Assembly: GCA_002104945.1 (NCBI GenBank)
Contig: MCFH01000035.1
Location: 310,001-374,000 of the forward strand
Length of the DNA: 64,000 nt
DNA from: Piromyces finnis finn
Taxonomy: Eukaryota > Fungi > Neocallimastigomycota
Direction of reading: 5' to 3'
The first letter of the stretch is position 1, and every line of letters begins with the position of its first letter. Positions 1 to 12,926 of this stretch are shown in pieces. A program made the position numbers and the translations under genes. Under the pieces are notes generated by a model. That model was not told the origin of the DNA. It saw only the letters and a program-made list of their open reading frames with translations, and made no database searches.

Positions 1-399
1 TTATTTTCATTCAATATTTCATTGTAACTCTCTTGTAAATTTCTTAATTTATTTTGAACTTCATTTATTTCTGAAATTTTAATATCATTTTCATGATTTA
101 AATTGGTAATATTGACTTGTAGTTTTTTAATCTTATCTTCATTATATTCAATTTGTCTCTTATACTCCTCAATATCTTCTAAGTATTTCTTATTTAATAA
201 TTTTTCATATTGAATATCTTGTTTATGCTTTTCAACTTGATTGTCATACTTTAATTTTAATTCTTTATTTTCTAATGTTAAATCATCAATAGTTTCTTGA
301 TATTTGATTTCATTCTGTGAATAAAAATTAAAATAGTTATTTATAAATATTAGAATTTTTATATAATTTTTGAATATTTAAGTCACTATCTTCTTTATC

Positions 400-465
<66 letters not shown>

Positions 466-3400
466 TATATATTTCTTAGCAAAAATAATTTTTATTTACA
501 ATCTTCGAGCGGGTACTTAAAGAATTGTTAATCTCTTGTTCACATGAATGAGACGTTATTTCTGATTCAAGTTTACTTAATTTTAAATTAGATTCATTAT
601 AAGCCTTCTTTAACATAATATTTTCTTTGTTAATACGTTTTATTTCCTAAAAAATAAATAAAAATTTAACTTATTACTACACTACATTTTTTAACAATCA
701 TTTTTAATAATTTGATTTCATACCTCCTCATAGGTTAGTATATCTCTTCTATTCTTTTTGTTTTCTTCTTGCAAATTAATATTTAAAACATTTGCTTGTT
801 TTACTTGCTATAAATTATTTTATGGCAAAGATATATAAGTAAATATCTTTAATTCTATTTAAAAAAATAATGTGGTTTTAAATATTTACATACTTCTAAT
901 AATTTATTAGTTTGTTCTGTATTACTTAAATATTTTTCTTTAATACTTTCTAATTCTTTTATCTTGGCTACAATATCTAAATTATTATCTTTACTTTCCT
1001 TCATTGCACTTATTTCCTAAATTATTCAAAATAATATTTATTATTATCCATTAGGCTATCTAAATTACTTTATTTAAAAGAATGATATTTATATATATAG
1101 TCATAAATAACTTACTAATTTCAATTCTTCAACGTAAGAATTCTTAAATAATAATTCTCTTTTAAGACCTTTATTCATTTCTTTTAATTCTTCTATATCA
1201 TTTAGATTAATATCAATATTTGATTTTTGTAAAAGATTTTCATTTTCATTTTCCAATTCCTTTAAGGATTCCTTCATTTTTTCTAATTCCTTTGATTTTT
1301 TATCGAGTTGGTCTCTTAGCCTTTGAATAATTGAATCTTTTCTTAATACTTCAGACTCTATTTCACTAGTTGAAATCACTTGTTGAGTCTTCATTAAATT
1401 CTTTAAATATTGAAAAAAATATAGCAATAATAATAATAATAATAATAAAATAACAAAAGCTATGTTAATATTTCTTTTTCATTGTACTAGCACTTTTATA
1501 TATATAAATATTTACATTTTGAAGCTTCTCTATAAACTTATAATGTGTTTCTAATTCTTTACTTTGAGCTCCATTTAGTTTATGAAGATCTGTAATTGCA
1601 TCTTCGTTGATCTTAAAGTTTTTTCTCATTGTTTCAAGTTCCTGAAAAATAAAACAAAATAAATTTAATATTAAAATAGGAGAATTAGTAAAATAAAAAA
1701 TTGTTTTTTTTTTTTTTTAGTACAATGATATGTTGAAATTTACCTTATGAATCTTTATTAAATATTCATTATTAATATTTTCATTATTTGAATTGTTATT
1801 AGTATTATTATTATTGTTATTATCCTTTATCTTAAGGGAATTTATTAAACTTTCATTTTCCTTTTTCAAATTTTCGATTTCCTTATTTAATAAAATAATA
1901 GTATTATTAGAAGAATTAATAAGTTCCATATTGGTAATTGACATTTCATTACTTCTTTGAATATCAATAATTTTCTTTTTTAATTCGATAAATAAAATGA
2001 TTAAGAATATTAATAAGTATTTTCAATAAATTATTCCATTTTATATTTTATAGTATAAAAATTAAGGAATAAGCTTACAGTTTGAAGTTTATTAATAGTT
2101 TCATTCTTGGTTTCTAAATTATTTTTAAGTCTTAATCTTACAGAATCATTTTCATTTAATTTTTGATTTAATGAATATATTGTTTCATTTAATCTTTCAT
2201 TTTCCTTTTTATTGTTAAAAAAAAAAAGGTGTAATTAATATTATTTCTTTTTTTTTTTTTTTTTTCTAATTCATATATATATATATCATATGACATAATT
2301 ACTTTTTGTATTTTTTCTTTTTCTTCCATAATTTTCTCTACTTTTATTGCATTATTTTCAATAGTATCATGTAGAAGTTGCTCTCTTTTATACGCTTCGT
2401 ATAATTTTTTATCATTATTTGTTTTTTCAAATGTTTTATTATTTTTCATATCATTAAGTTCTTGATTTAAAATTTCATTTTCTTTTTCAATTTTTTCAGT
2501 ATGTTCTTTAAGGAAATCGTGTTCTTGTATTTCTTTATCAAATTCATTTTGAATATCTTCTAATTCTTTTTTTAATAAATCCACTGTTCCATTTAAATCT
2601 TTTATAATCTAAAAAAAAAAAATTGATTTATTTTAAAGATTTTCATTAATAAATTTACGAAATAGAAACAAAATAAAAATATATATTTTTGAAATTTTGA
2701 TTCATAGAATTCTATTCACAAATCATAAAATTCAATATATATTTGATTAACTAATTTTTTTAGTTGATATTCTGGTTATATTATATAAATATAAAATATA
2801 ATGATTAATACTTCATTCAATTTTTTATTTTCCTCCTTTAATGAATATTTATTTTTATTTTCTAGTTCCTGAATAGACTCAATTTTTTTCGACATATTCT
2901 TATTCTCTGATTTTTGTTGAATTAAATTATTTTCTAAATCCATAATTTTCTGTTATTAATTTATATAAAGTTTAAATGTATTGGTGGTATGAAATTAATA
3001 TTATTATTGTGTGTGTTTTTATATTCGAAAGTAATAATAATATAAAACAAAGTATTTTTAAATTTGAACATAAAATATATTTAATGGTTTAGTGATTTGT
3101 TATTACGTGAAGAAATAAAATATTATTAACATTAAAATAAATAATGATAGATATACTATGTGGATTGAGGATGTATATTAGTTTATATTATAATCTTTCC
3201 AATTATATATATATACCTTTTTTTGATCTTCAATTTGTTCTCTTAAATCAGAATTTTCAGTGATATACTTAAGTGTAGCATCACTACTACTTTCAATGCT
3301 TTTATTTAATCTCTCACTAAGTGCTTTATTTTTTACATTAAGTTGGTATATTTGATCATTCAAGTTATCTATTATCTATGGAATAATCGAAAAAATTATT

Positions 3401-5268
3401 TATATACACATAAAAGAAATGATAATAAATAATATATATTGTAAATGTTTTAATAAATAATTAATATATCTATCATAATAATTAAAAGTCGATTTAATCA
3501 TTTATAATGTAAAATATTTTATAATACTTTACCTTTGAATTATTTTTTAATATAGATTCATTTTCATCTTTTTCTGATTTAAATTTATTGATTAATGATA
3601 ATTGTTCATTATAATCTTCCTTTAATTCATTGTACTCATCATATATTTTTTCATATTTAATATCGGATTGTTGCAACTCAAAACGTAAATTACTAGCTTC
3701 CTTTGTCACTCTATCAATTTCACTTTGTAAATAATTTATTTCAACCTTATTGTCCTGATTTTTATTAATATAAAAATTTATTATTATACACATTAATATA
3801 TATAATTAACATTTAATTATATTTTGTTTATTCTATATACATTTTGTTTAATCTTTGTTAAATCTTCCTGTAATTGTTTATTCTTTTGAAATTCATTTTG
3901 TAACTCTTCATTTGTATCCTTTAAATTTTGAGTTACTCTTTTATTTTTTTCTGTTAAGTTAATTTTTATTTCATTTAATTGTTGAACTACTTCCTGTTCA
4001 TGTTGAAGATCTTTTTTCAATGAATCCATTTTTTCTTCTGAATCGGATAATTCCTGTTTTTTATATTTAAAAATAAAATGAATAAATAAAAAATTGGTGT
4101 TGACAATGAATTCTTTATTTTTAAAAAGTATTTTTTCTGATATTTAGGAAAAAATAAAACTTTGATAAAATAATAAAGCTATACCCAATACATATATATT
4201 AGTATATGTGAATTTAATTACCTTTTGTAAATTTTCAATTTGTTTATGACAAAAATCAATTTCTTGATTTTTTAAATTTTCAACTTCCTTTTGCATTTCT
4301 AATGAATTATGTAATTCATTTTTATTTTTCTTCACTTCTTGTGAACAAAGTAAATATTCACTTTGTAATTCACCATATTTCTTTTCTAAATCATTTTTTT
4401 GTTGTTGTATTTCTGCACAATACTGTTCTAAATCATTATTATTAGCAATTAAGTCTTCCTTTTCATTTTTTTCTTGATCTAATAAATCATTAACTTCCTG
4501 ATAACTTTGTTGTAACTCTCTAAAGTCTAATTCTAATTGATGATATTTTTGAGTAAATTCATTATCTTTTTCGATTGTTTTATCACTTTTTTGTCTTAAT
4601 AAATTAAGTTGCTGTTCAACTGCTTCATAAGTTTTAAATAAATTTTGGCGATCTTCTTGCAATTTTGCATTTTCAGATTTTTCCTTTTCAAGTACTTTTT
4701 TCATAGTTTCAAGATTTTGTTCCATTTCTTGATATTTTGTTATAAACTCATTGGAATCCTGATTAATTTGTGCTTTACTGCTATTTCCTTGAGTTGATTC
4801 ACTATCATCCTTTTATTTAAATATATATATTAAATTAATTATAATTTGATTCTTTAAAAATATATATCCGAATATATATATTATTTTTATAAATTAATAA
4901 TATATATACTTTATTATCCATATATTTCATTCCATCTTCGTAGAAAAATATTTTCATTTTCAAACTAAAATTTTCTTTTTTCAATTCATTTACAAGCTTT
5001 TAATTTTATTATTTGAATTTAATTATAAAAAACAAATAAGATTTATCAATATATTCAAAATAATTAAAAATAAAAAATAATAGTAATTTACATTCTCTAG
5101 TTGAATCAAGCCCATTTGTTGATCTGTTTTTCGAGGATTAGTATTTTCAACACTTTTATAGTCATCTAAAAATAATTCTGAATTTAATTCAGATAGATTT
5201 CCTACATTTGAATTTTGGTCATATTCATTTTGAGCCGTTTGGTCTCCCAAACGGTCATTATATATCAT
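1..5268 (-). CDS. CM1 (centrosomin motif 1 / Cnn_1N) long coiled-coil protein, Mto1/Pcp1/ApsB/CDK5RAP2-like gamma-tubulin complex receptor; multi-exon, 3' end lies beyond the window start
   Basis: Joining exon 5268-5092 (ends LEN|gtaaat) to exon 4996-4910 gives QMGLIQLENLVNELKKENFSLKMKIFFYEDGM, matching the CM1 consensus (LKKENFxLKxRIxFLEE). Downstream exons (ORFs 4144-4725, 3817-4029, 3494-3793, 3178-3363, 2189-2584, 1717-1944, 1101-1427) are all E/K/Q/L-rich coiled coil on the same strand. Confidence 0.8.
401..464. repeat. (AAT)n microsatellite, intronic in the CM1 gene
   Basis: Direct reading, ~21 units. Confidence 0.9.
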
Positions 5269-8200
5269 TTTTATTTATACTTAAATATTTATTTATATGT
5301 TTTAATAACACTATAAATTTGGAGTTATAATATATAATTAAAAAAAAAAGAGAGAGAGAATTAAAATATTAGATTTTTGAATTATAAAATTATTAATAAT
5401 TTTACATAAAATTTCAATATTTCAAATATTATAATAATGAGAAATTAAAAACAATATTATGATTGTATAAAAAATATAAATAGTATTATTTGTAATATTT
5501 AATGGTTTTATTATATTTAATAAGTATAAATGGTAGGTTTGATTCTGAAATTTTCGATATTTCAATTAAGTTAGAAATTGAGATTTCTATAAAAAAAAGT
5601 TTAAAATGAAAAACTTTTTTTATCAATAATAACGTTGAAATCATAAATATCCAAGGTTTATTTATATTTTTTGTAGTTATACTTGACATAATTTTTTTCA
5701 ACTGTAACATATATATTTAAATGATTTTTATAAAAAAAAATATTATTATATCTTTTAAAACAGTACCAAACAATATGCAGTTTTTATTCTTTTAATATTT
5801 ATATAATTATATATTTCTGTAATATGGATAATATATATTTATATTCAATAAATCAAGTATATATATATATATAATTAATACAAAAAGAAAAGGGTAAAAT
5901 TTCTAAAATGGAAATTGAAATTTCTAGTTAAATCTGAATTTTGAATTATATAATAATTTCTTTATAAATTAAAATAAGACCTATTCAATTAATTTCTCAT
6001 TATTCATATTTCAATTTTATTAATTTCTTGTATAAAAAAAAAGGTATTATATTTTAATTTTATTTCATTATACTAACCGCACAATCAATTATATGAAATT
6101 TTACTAATTTCTATTTTGTTTTTTTTTTTATTTAAAATATTATTATTGACTTTTTATATTAATTTTATATAAATATCTTTAAGAAATCAAAAGTTTATAT
6201 TATTATTTCATTATGTTGAAATTTATTGGTAATATATTATTAGCCAATAAAACATGATAATTTTAATTAAAAAATATATTATAATATATTATAATATATT
6301 TATTAATATAAATAAGAAATATGAGAAATTAAATAAAATATATATTAGAAATAATAATTACATTTTTACTATTTACTATTAATCTATTAATAGAGAATAG
6401 ATGTAAGAAATTTTATTGACTTAACAACAATAATATATAAAATTTGTTACAATTATAGACAAGTTTCATATATTATTGTTATTGTTATTACAAAGATAGT
6501 TATATTGATAATATTATATAGTTTTTACATATAAATAAAAATTATTATTACTAATTTATATCTTTTTATACCTTTTTATATTCATCAAATTTATAATTTT
6601 TAATCTTTTTCTTTAATTTTTACTCTTCAAGGTTTTGTAATTTGAAAATTATATCAATTTAATCATAAAAAAAAAACGAAATTTCAATAATTAAAAATCT
6701 AAGTTTATTATATGAAATAATATGGAATATTTTGTATTTCTTTATAATATTCATAATTTAATTGTATGATAATGATAATAACTCTTGATTAATATTAATA
6801 TAAAAAAAATGATATATAATATGAAAGAATAATAAGATGTTAAAATAAAAAAAGATTAAAAATATTTAATTTCATATATTAAATTTAAGGTTTTTAAAGT
6901 TTTGGATGTTTTATTAAAAATTTTTATTAGAGGGTTAAAATTACTTATTTAAAAATTTTTATTATAAAGTATTTCATCGCTAAGGAAATGTTTTCATTAA
7001 TACTATTAACAGAATTGGGTATAATAGTTTTTTTATTACTTGTCTTTTTATTTAGTTAGTTGTTTTGTTTGCTATCATATATAAAGTTCATTGAGTATAT
7101 TATATATCGATAAGTGGTAAAAAAAAGTTGTTGATAATACTATCATAAATTTCTATTAATTATATTTGTATAAAAGAATTATTAAAAATAAAAAAAGGGA
7201 TTTTACATTCCTATTTATATATATTTAATAATTTGATAACGTATAAGTAATAATACACCTTTCCTCTTCTTTTCTAAATTATGTTTTATTTTTTTTTATT
7301 ACATGAAAAAGTCCTCTTTATTTTTTTTATTATTCATTTTATTCATCAAAAATTCATTTAATTAAATTTCCATAATTGGCAATTTTAATAATTAATTAAT
7401 TAAAGTTTATTAAATATAATTTTTTTTAATGACAAATAATTTATTTATTATTTACTTTTAAAGAGAATATAAAGAAGCTCATAAAAAAGTAGAAAACCTT
7501 TTTAAAACTTTATTTTTTAACATTCTTATTCTTAATAATAATAATAATAATAATAATAATTATATAGTAAATATTGTCGTTTTTCTATATATATAATTTA
7601 ATTGAAGCATTTTTTAAATATCTTATATTTTGTTTCATAGCTTGTTGGTTTTAATACAATATATATAATGTATATTCAATATTACTTTTTTTTTTTTTTA
7701 ATATTTAGATATATTTAACAGTTAAATAAATATCTTTATTTATACGATTTACCATTATTTTTTGTGTATATATCTATAATGTCTTAAAGTATATATTTTT
7801 ATTATTTTATTTTATCATTATATCATTATCTTTTTTAATCATTATTATTAACTCATTGTATCATATTAATACTATATTTATATTTTTCAAATATAATTCT
7901 TGATGTATATTATTATTACTATTTTTAATTATAAAGTTCAATTAAAAAGAAAATAAACTACATTTATTAATTATTATTTACACTTTAAAATATTCGACAT
8001 TTCTAATTTTATTGGGATGATTTCAAAAATTTAAATGCTATAATTAAAAAGAATTTAATTTTAATAAAAAAGGTATCTTTAATATATTATGATATATATT
8101 TCATTGTACTATAATATATAATCCTAATTTAAATAATCAGAATTGTGTAAGCAAAAAGAAACAAACAACAACAACAAAGAAAAAAACTATAAATAAAAAG

Positions 8201-9181
8201 AAATTACAATTCATATTATTAATTAAAGTGATAAAAAACTATTTATAAAATTAAAAAAAAAAAAAGAAAAAAGTTTTTTATTCTTCAATCTTTTTATATT
8301 AAAATTATAATTTCTGAAAAGACAAAAACAAAACAAAACAAAAAAAAAAAAAGAAAAATAAATAAAAACAATTTAAAAAAGTTAATATTTGCCATTAAAA
8401 GAAATATTATTTTGTAAGTAAAATTGAAATAAGAAATAAGAATAAAATATCTTAAAGAGAGTATATAATAAGTATGAATGAAATATTAACTGTGCCCATA
8501 TAAAAACTAATATCTTTGTAATCTATAAAATTAAAAAAGATAGAAACAAAAACATCTTTATTAAAAAAGTATAAGAAAAATTTTCATTAAATTTATAAAC
8601 ATTCTTTAAAATATATTGTTATAAATTCTTTTTAAATATTATTGCATAAAAAAGTGCATACTATCGCTACAAAAAAACTAATAATAACAACAACAATAAT
8701 AAGACAGTAGTTGTAGTTATTAACACTCAAAAATATTCTAACACTAACAAAATCATTTGTATATAATAAAGTATATACATATATAAACATTCAATATATT
8801 TTATCTCAATCATTATCTTTATATTCTTTTTTTAATTCTTTTATTACATTCAATATATTTAATCTTAATCATTACCTTTATATATATATTTTTTTGATTC
8901 TTTTATTACATCCAATATATTTTTATTTCAATAAAAATCAAATTATTGTACATCTCAATGAAATTTGGATAAGCAAATTACTAGATAACTTTAAATTATT
9001 ATAATAAAAATCTAAATTTACTTTCATATATATTTCTATTGATGCAATTTCTTTATTTATTTATTTATTATTGTTTATTTTTTTTAATATCACTACTCTT
9101 TATTTAATTATAAAATTATTAAAAGAAATATATTTATTTTATATTGAATATTTTTTAGAACTAATAACAAGTAATAAAAAA

Positions 9182-11599
9182 ATGAAAAAAATTCATCAAT
9201 TGAAGCAATGGACCAATGAAAAGGTTGGTCGTGCTAAAAAGACAGGTATAAAAGAGAAAATAGATTTTAAAGAAATCTATATTATAATTATGATTTCAAA
9301 CTGATTAAATTGTCATTTTACATATAAATATCTTATTAATATTAAATATAATTTTATAGAAATGGATGAAGACATTAAACAATTAATTCAAGAAACTGAT
9401 CTTCAACGTGAATATTTCGAAAGATTTCAAAAAACTTTAGGAGATTATATTCATATTTATGGTAAAGTTTAAAAATTATAAAACTATTGATATTTTGATA
9501 ATTATGTTAATATATAATCATTTTATTTTAAATAATAATAACATAATAATAACGAAATAAATAAATAATTCAGATAAAAGAGTTGATACACAAGAAGAAA
9601 AAAAAATCCAACCAGTTAATGCTATTGGTTTATTAACTATAAATTTCGGTACTATTTTCCCAAACAACTCTGCATTTGGTAAGCTGATTCTATATTAAAT
9701 TTCAATAATATATCTTATATGGTGAAACTAAATTCTATATTGAATTTTTTTTTATTTTGTTGTGGATAGGTCAAGCATTATTAAAATATGGTGAAGGTCA
9801 TACAAAATTAAGTGAAGTTCAAACTGATTTTGTAAGATATATATATATATATTATTTCTTTCTAATAAAAATAGAATATAGAATTTAATTGATTTTTAAT
9901 TGCCATTATTAGGTTAATCATACAAGAAGAGGTTTTGAAAATTATCTTAATGGTTTTGGTGCTGAAATGAAAAATTATTCTGTAAGTTAAAATAGTGCAA
10001 GAAATAGGATAAAATAAAATTATTAAACATATATATCCTTTTTTAATGTAATATATAAATGATATATATAATAGTCATTAAAGAAGAAATTCGATCATAG
10101 AAGATTAGATTTAGATGAAATTCAATCTCGTGTTAAGAAAAGTTCCAAAGAAAAACCACAATTAGTTCAGGAACTTCGTGTTTCTCAAGATAAATATGAA
10201 GAATCCCTTGACGAGTTGACAAAGAAAATTTTCGATTTAAATAATTACAATGTAATTAAGAGATTTTAAAAAAGAAACTTTAAATATTTGAATAATATAT
10301 ATTATATAAATATTATATAAATAATTATTTATTAATATTTATCCTATTGCATTACAATTATTATAAAAAAAAACCTTTTATAATAATAATATTATCATAC
10401 TATTTCGTTTAAAAATTAAAAAAGGGTAAACATTTAGAATCACTTAAAGAATTTTGCTTATCAGAATTAGAATACCATCGTAATGCTGTTGAAATTCTTA
10501 ATAATGTATACAATAGTATTGTTGATTTGTAAGTATTAAATATAATTATATAATTATGAATTTTTAATAATACTAATAATATCAAATACTAAAAATATTT
10601 AAAATTTATTTTAATATTTTAAATAATATTAAATAATAATTAAATATTGATACTATTTTCTCTATATTTGTAGGAAGGAAGATGATTCTGTAAGTTATGA
10701 TACTTATGCTTCCAATTTAACTAGTAATCCTAGTAATTATGATCAAGGAAGTTCCTATAGGTCTTATAGTAGAAAGAGTTCTTACTCTAGTATCCAAAAT
10801 TCTTATGATATTAATCGTAGTCGTAGTAATAGTTCTTCCTTCTCACCACAATCTCCAATATATGAATCACCATCTGTTAAAAGTTCTATTATTAGCCAAG
10901 CTTCTGTTCCAATTCCAAGACAACAAACAGGTAAATATTTTTTTTTAATAATTTATGCTAATTATAAGGATATCATTTATTATTATATTTTCAACCATAT
11001 ATATATTTTAGACAATAATAGTAAAAATATTGATATAATTTTTTTATCTATAATAAAATTTAGGGCAAAGTTCACAAAGATATATACGTCAAGTTAGAGC
11101 TAACTTTGATTTTACTGCTGAAGCTTCCAATGAATTATCTATGAAGGCAGGTGATATTATTAATGTTATCAAAGAAATTGATGAAGGTTGGTGGCAAGGT
11201 GAAGCAACAGATGGTAGTGGACGATCTGGTATTTTCCCACAAAATTATACCACAGAAATTACACCTCAAGTTCCAATAAATAATTCCTATGTTCCAGTCA
11301 ATACTACAAGTAGTTATGATAATTCGGTAAATGAAGTTACTCAATCAATGGCAGATACAAATATAGGTTACAGTAAACCTACTAGTAGTGGAGGCCATCC
11401 TACATCTGTTGCTGCAGAACTTCAACAAAGAATGGCTACAGTTGGTGCTAATAGAAACGCTTCTTCTGTAAGACAAAATACAGGTGATAGTAGTAATTCT
11501 AACAATAGCGTAGGTGTCTGTAGTACTTGTGGTTGTAGTGATTATGCTCTTAACGTATTTAAGCCACCATTATGTAATAATTGCTTCCACAATCATTAA
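9182..11599 (+). CDS. Endophilin-like N-BAR + SH3 domain protein with a C-terminal Cys/His motif; multi-exon
   Basis: Exon 1 MKKIHQLKQWTNEKVGRAKKT joins EMDEDIKQLIQETDLQRE (BAR N-terminus). Helical BAR exons include KKKFDHRRLDLD. Last exon (from 11064) encodes a canonical SH3: RQVRANFDFTAEASNELSMKAGDIINVIKEIDEGWWQGE...GIFPQNY. GT-AG introns. Confidence 0.85.
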
Positions 11600-12416
11600 A
11601 TATCAATATCTTGGCGACGCATGTATCAAAATTGAAATAAGTTTCATTCCACATATCCATTAATGAACAATTTTTAAAAGGTAATAAATAACAATTCCTT
11701 TTAAGAGAGAAAAGAAAATTACCCATAGCTATACCATATAGTATTATCAATGTATATTATCATAAATAAATAAGACAAACAAACAAAAAAAAAAAAAAAA
11801 AAAAAAGGCTGTAATAATATTTTTAAAATTTTAATTTCTTATAAGAAAACAATTGAAATGAATATGAAACAAATTGATTATTTATTTAAAAATCAATAAT
11901 AGTAAACACCATTATTAAGAATAGTTTAAATTACTATTATCATTATTTTTTAACGTTTATATATTTTATAACTATCTTTATTGCATTGATATATATATAT
12001 ATATAGCAATTATAAAATATAAAAAAAAAATAACTATTTAAATTTTAAATATATATATAAATATGTAATATATATATTATATATTAATAAATATTAGCAT
12101 CTTGTGTAAATAAAATAAATAAATAAAAATAAAGCATAAAAAACATAAATAAATATTTTAAAATCACTTTTTTTTTTTTTTATCAATTTCTTTTAGTTGA
12201 TCTAGTTAATTATATTCTTTTTTTTTTTTTATTAAAGGGATTAAGATAATTTTAAAAAAATTGTACAACTAAAGTTTTTATTTTTATTTTAAAATTATTG
12301 GATAAATAAGATTTTAAAATTTACATATTTTTTCATTTTTAAATTTTTTCATTTTTTAATATAACATTTTAATTATTATATTATAAGAAAGAAAAAAAAA
12401 AGAATTTAAATAAAAA

Positions 12417-12889
12417 ATGTACAGACGTTATAATCAATATAGTAATAGTAACAATAGTTTAAGTAGAGGTACAAGAAAATATGTACAAACTAAACTTGAT
12501 TTTGGTCAAAAAAAGCAGGATAAATATGTTGAAAATCCTTCATTAGTTAGATATAACTTTAGTAATATTATGTTATGTCAGGTAAAACTAAAAAAAAAAA
12601 AAAACTTTCTATATAAACAATATAATAACATGATACTTTTTTTTTTTTTTTACTATGATGATAATAGTATTAAGTTATTATTCATTTATTATATATATAT
12701 ATATATATTATATCATATAATAGAATGAATTAAATGTTGAAGATAAATTAATCAATCACTTACATTATATTCGTATGCCATTTTATGAAGTTGATAATCC
12801 AGAAAAATTAAATGTTAATAATTATAATAAAATCAAAAAAGCATTAACTAGTTTACCTATAAATAATTCAAACACATTTCAGGTAAAGG

Positions 12890-12926
<37 letters not shown>

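Noticed and set aside
5486-5710. ORFs 5486-5710, 29175-29414 and 38306-38587
   Set aside because: I/F/L/K/Y-rich chance frames in AT-rich intergenic DNA, with no motifs or splice support.
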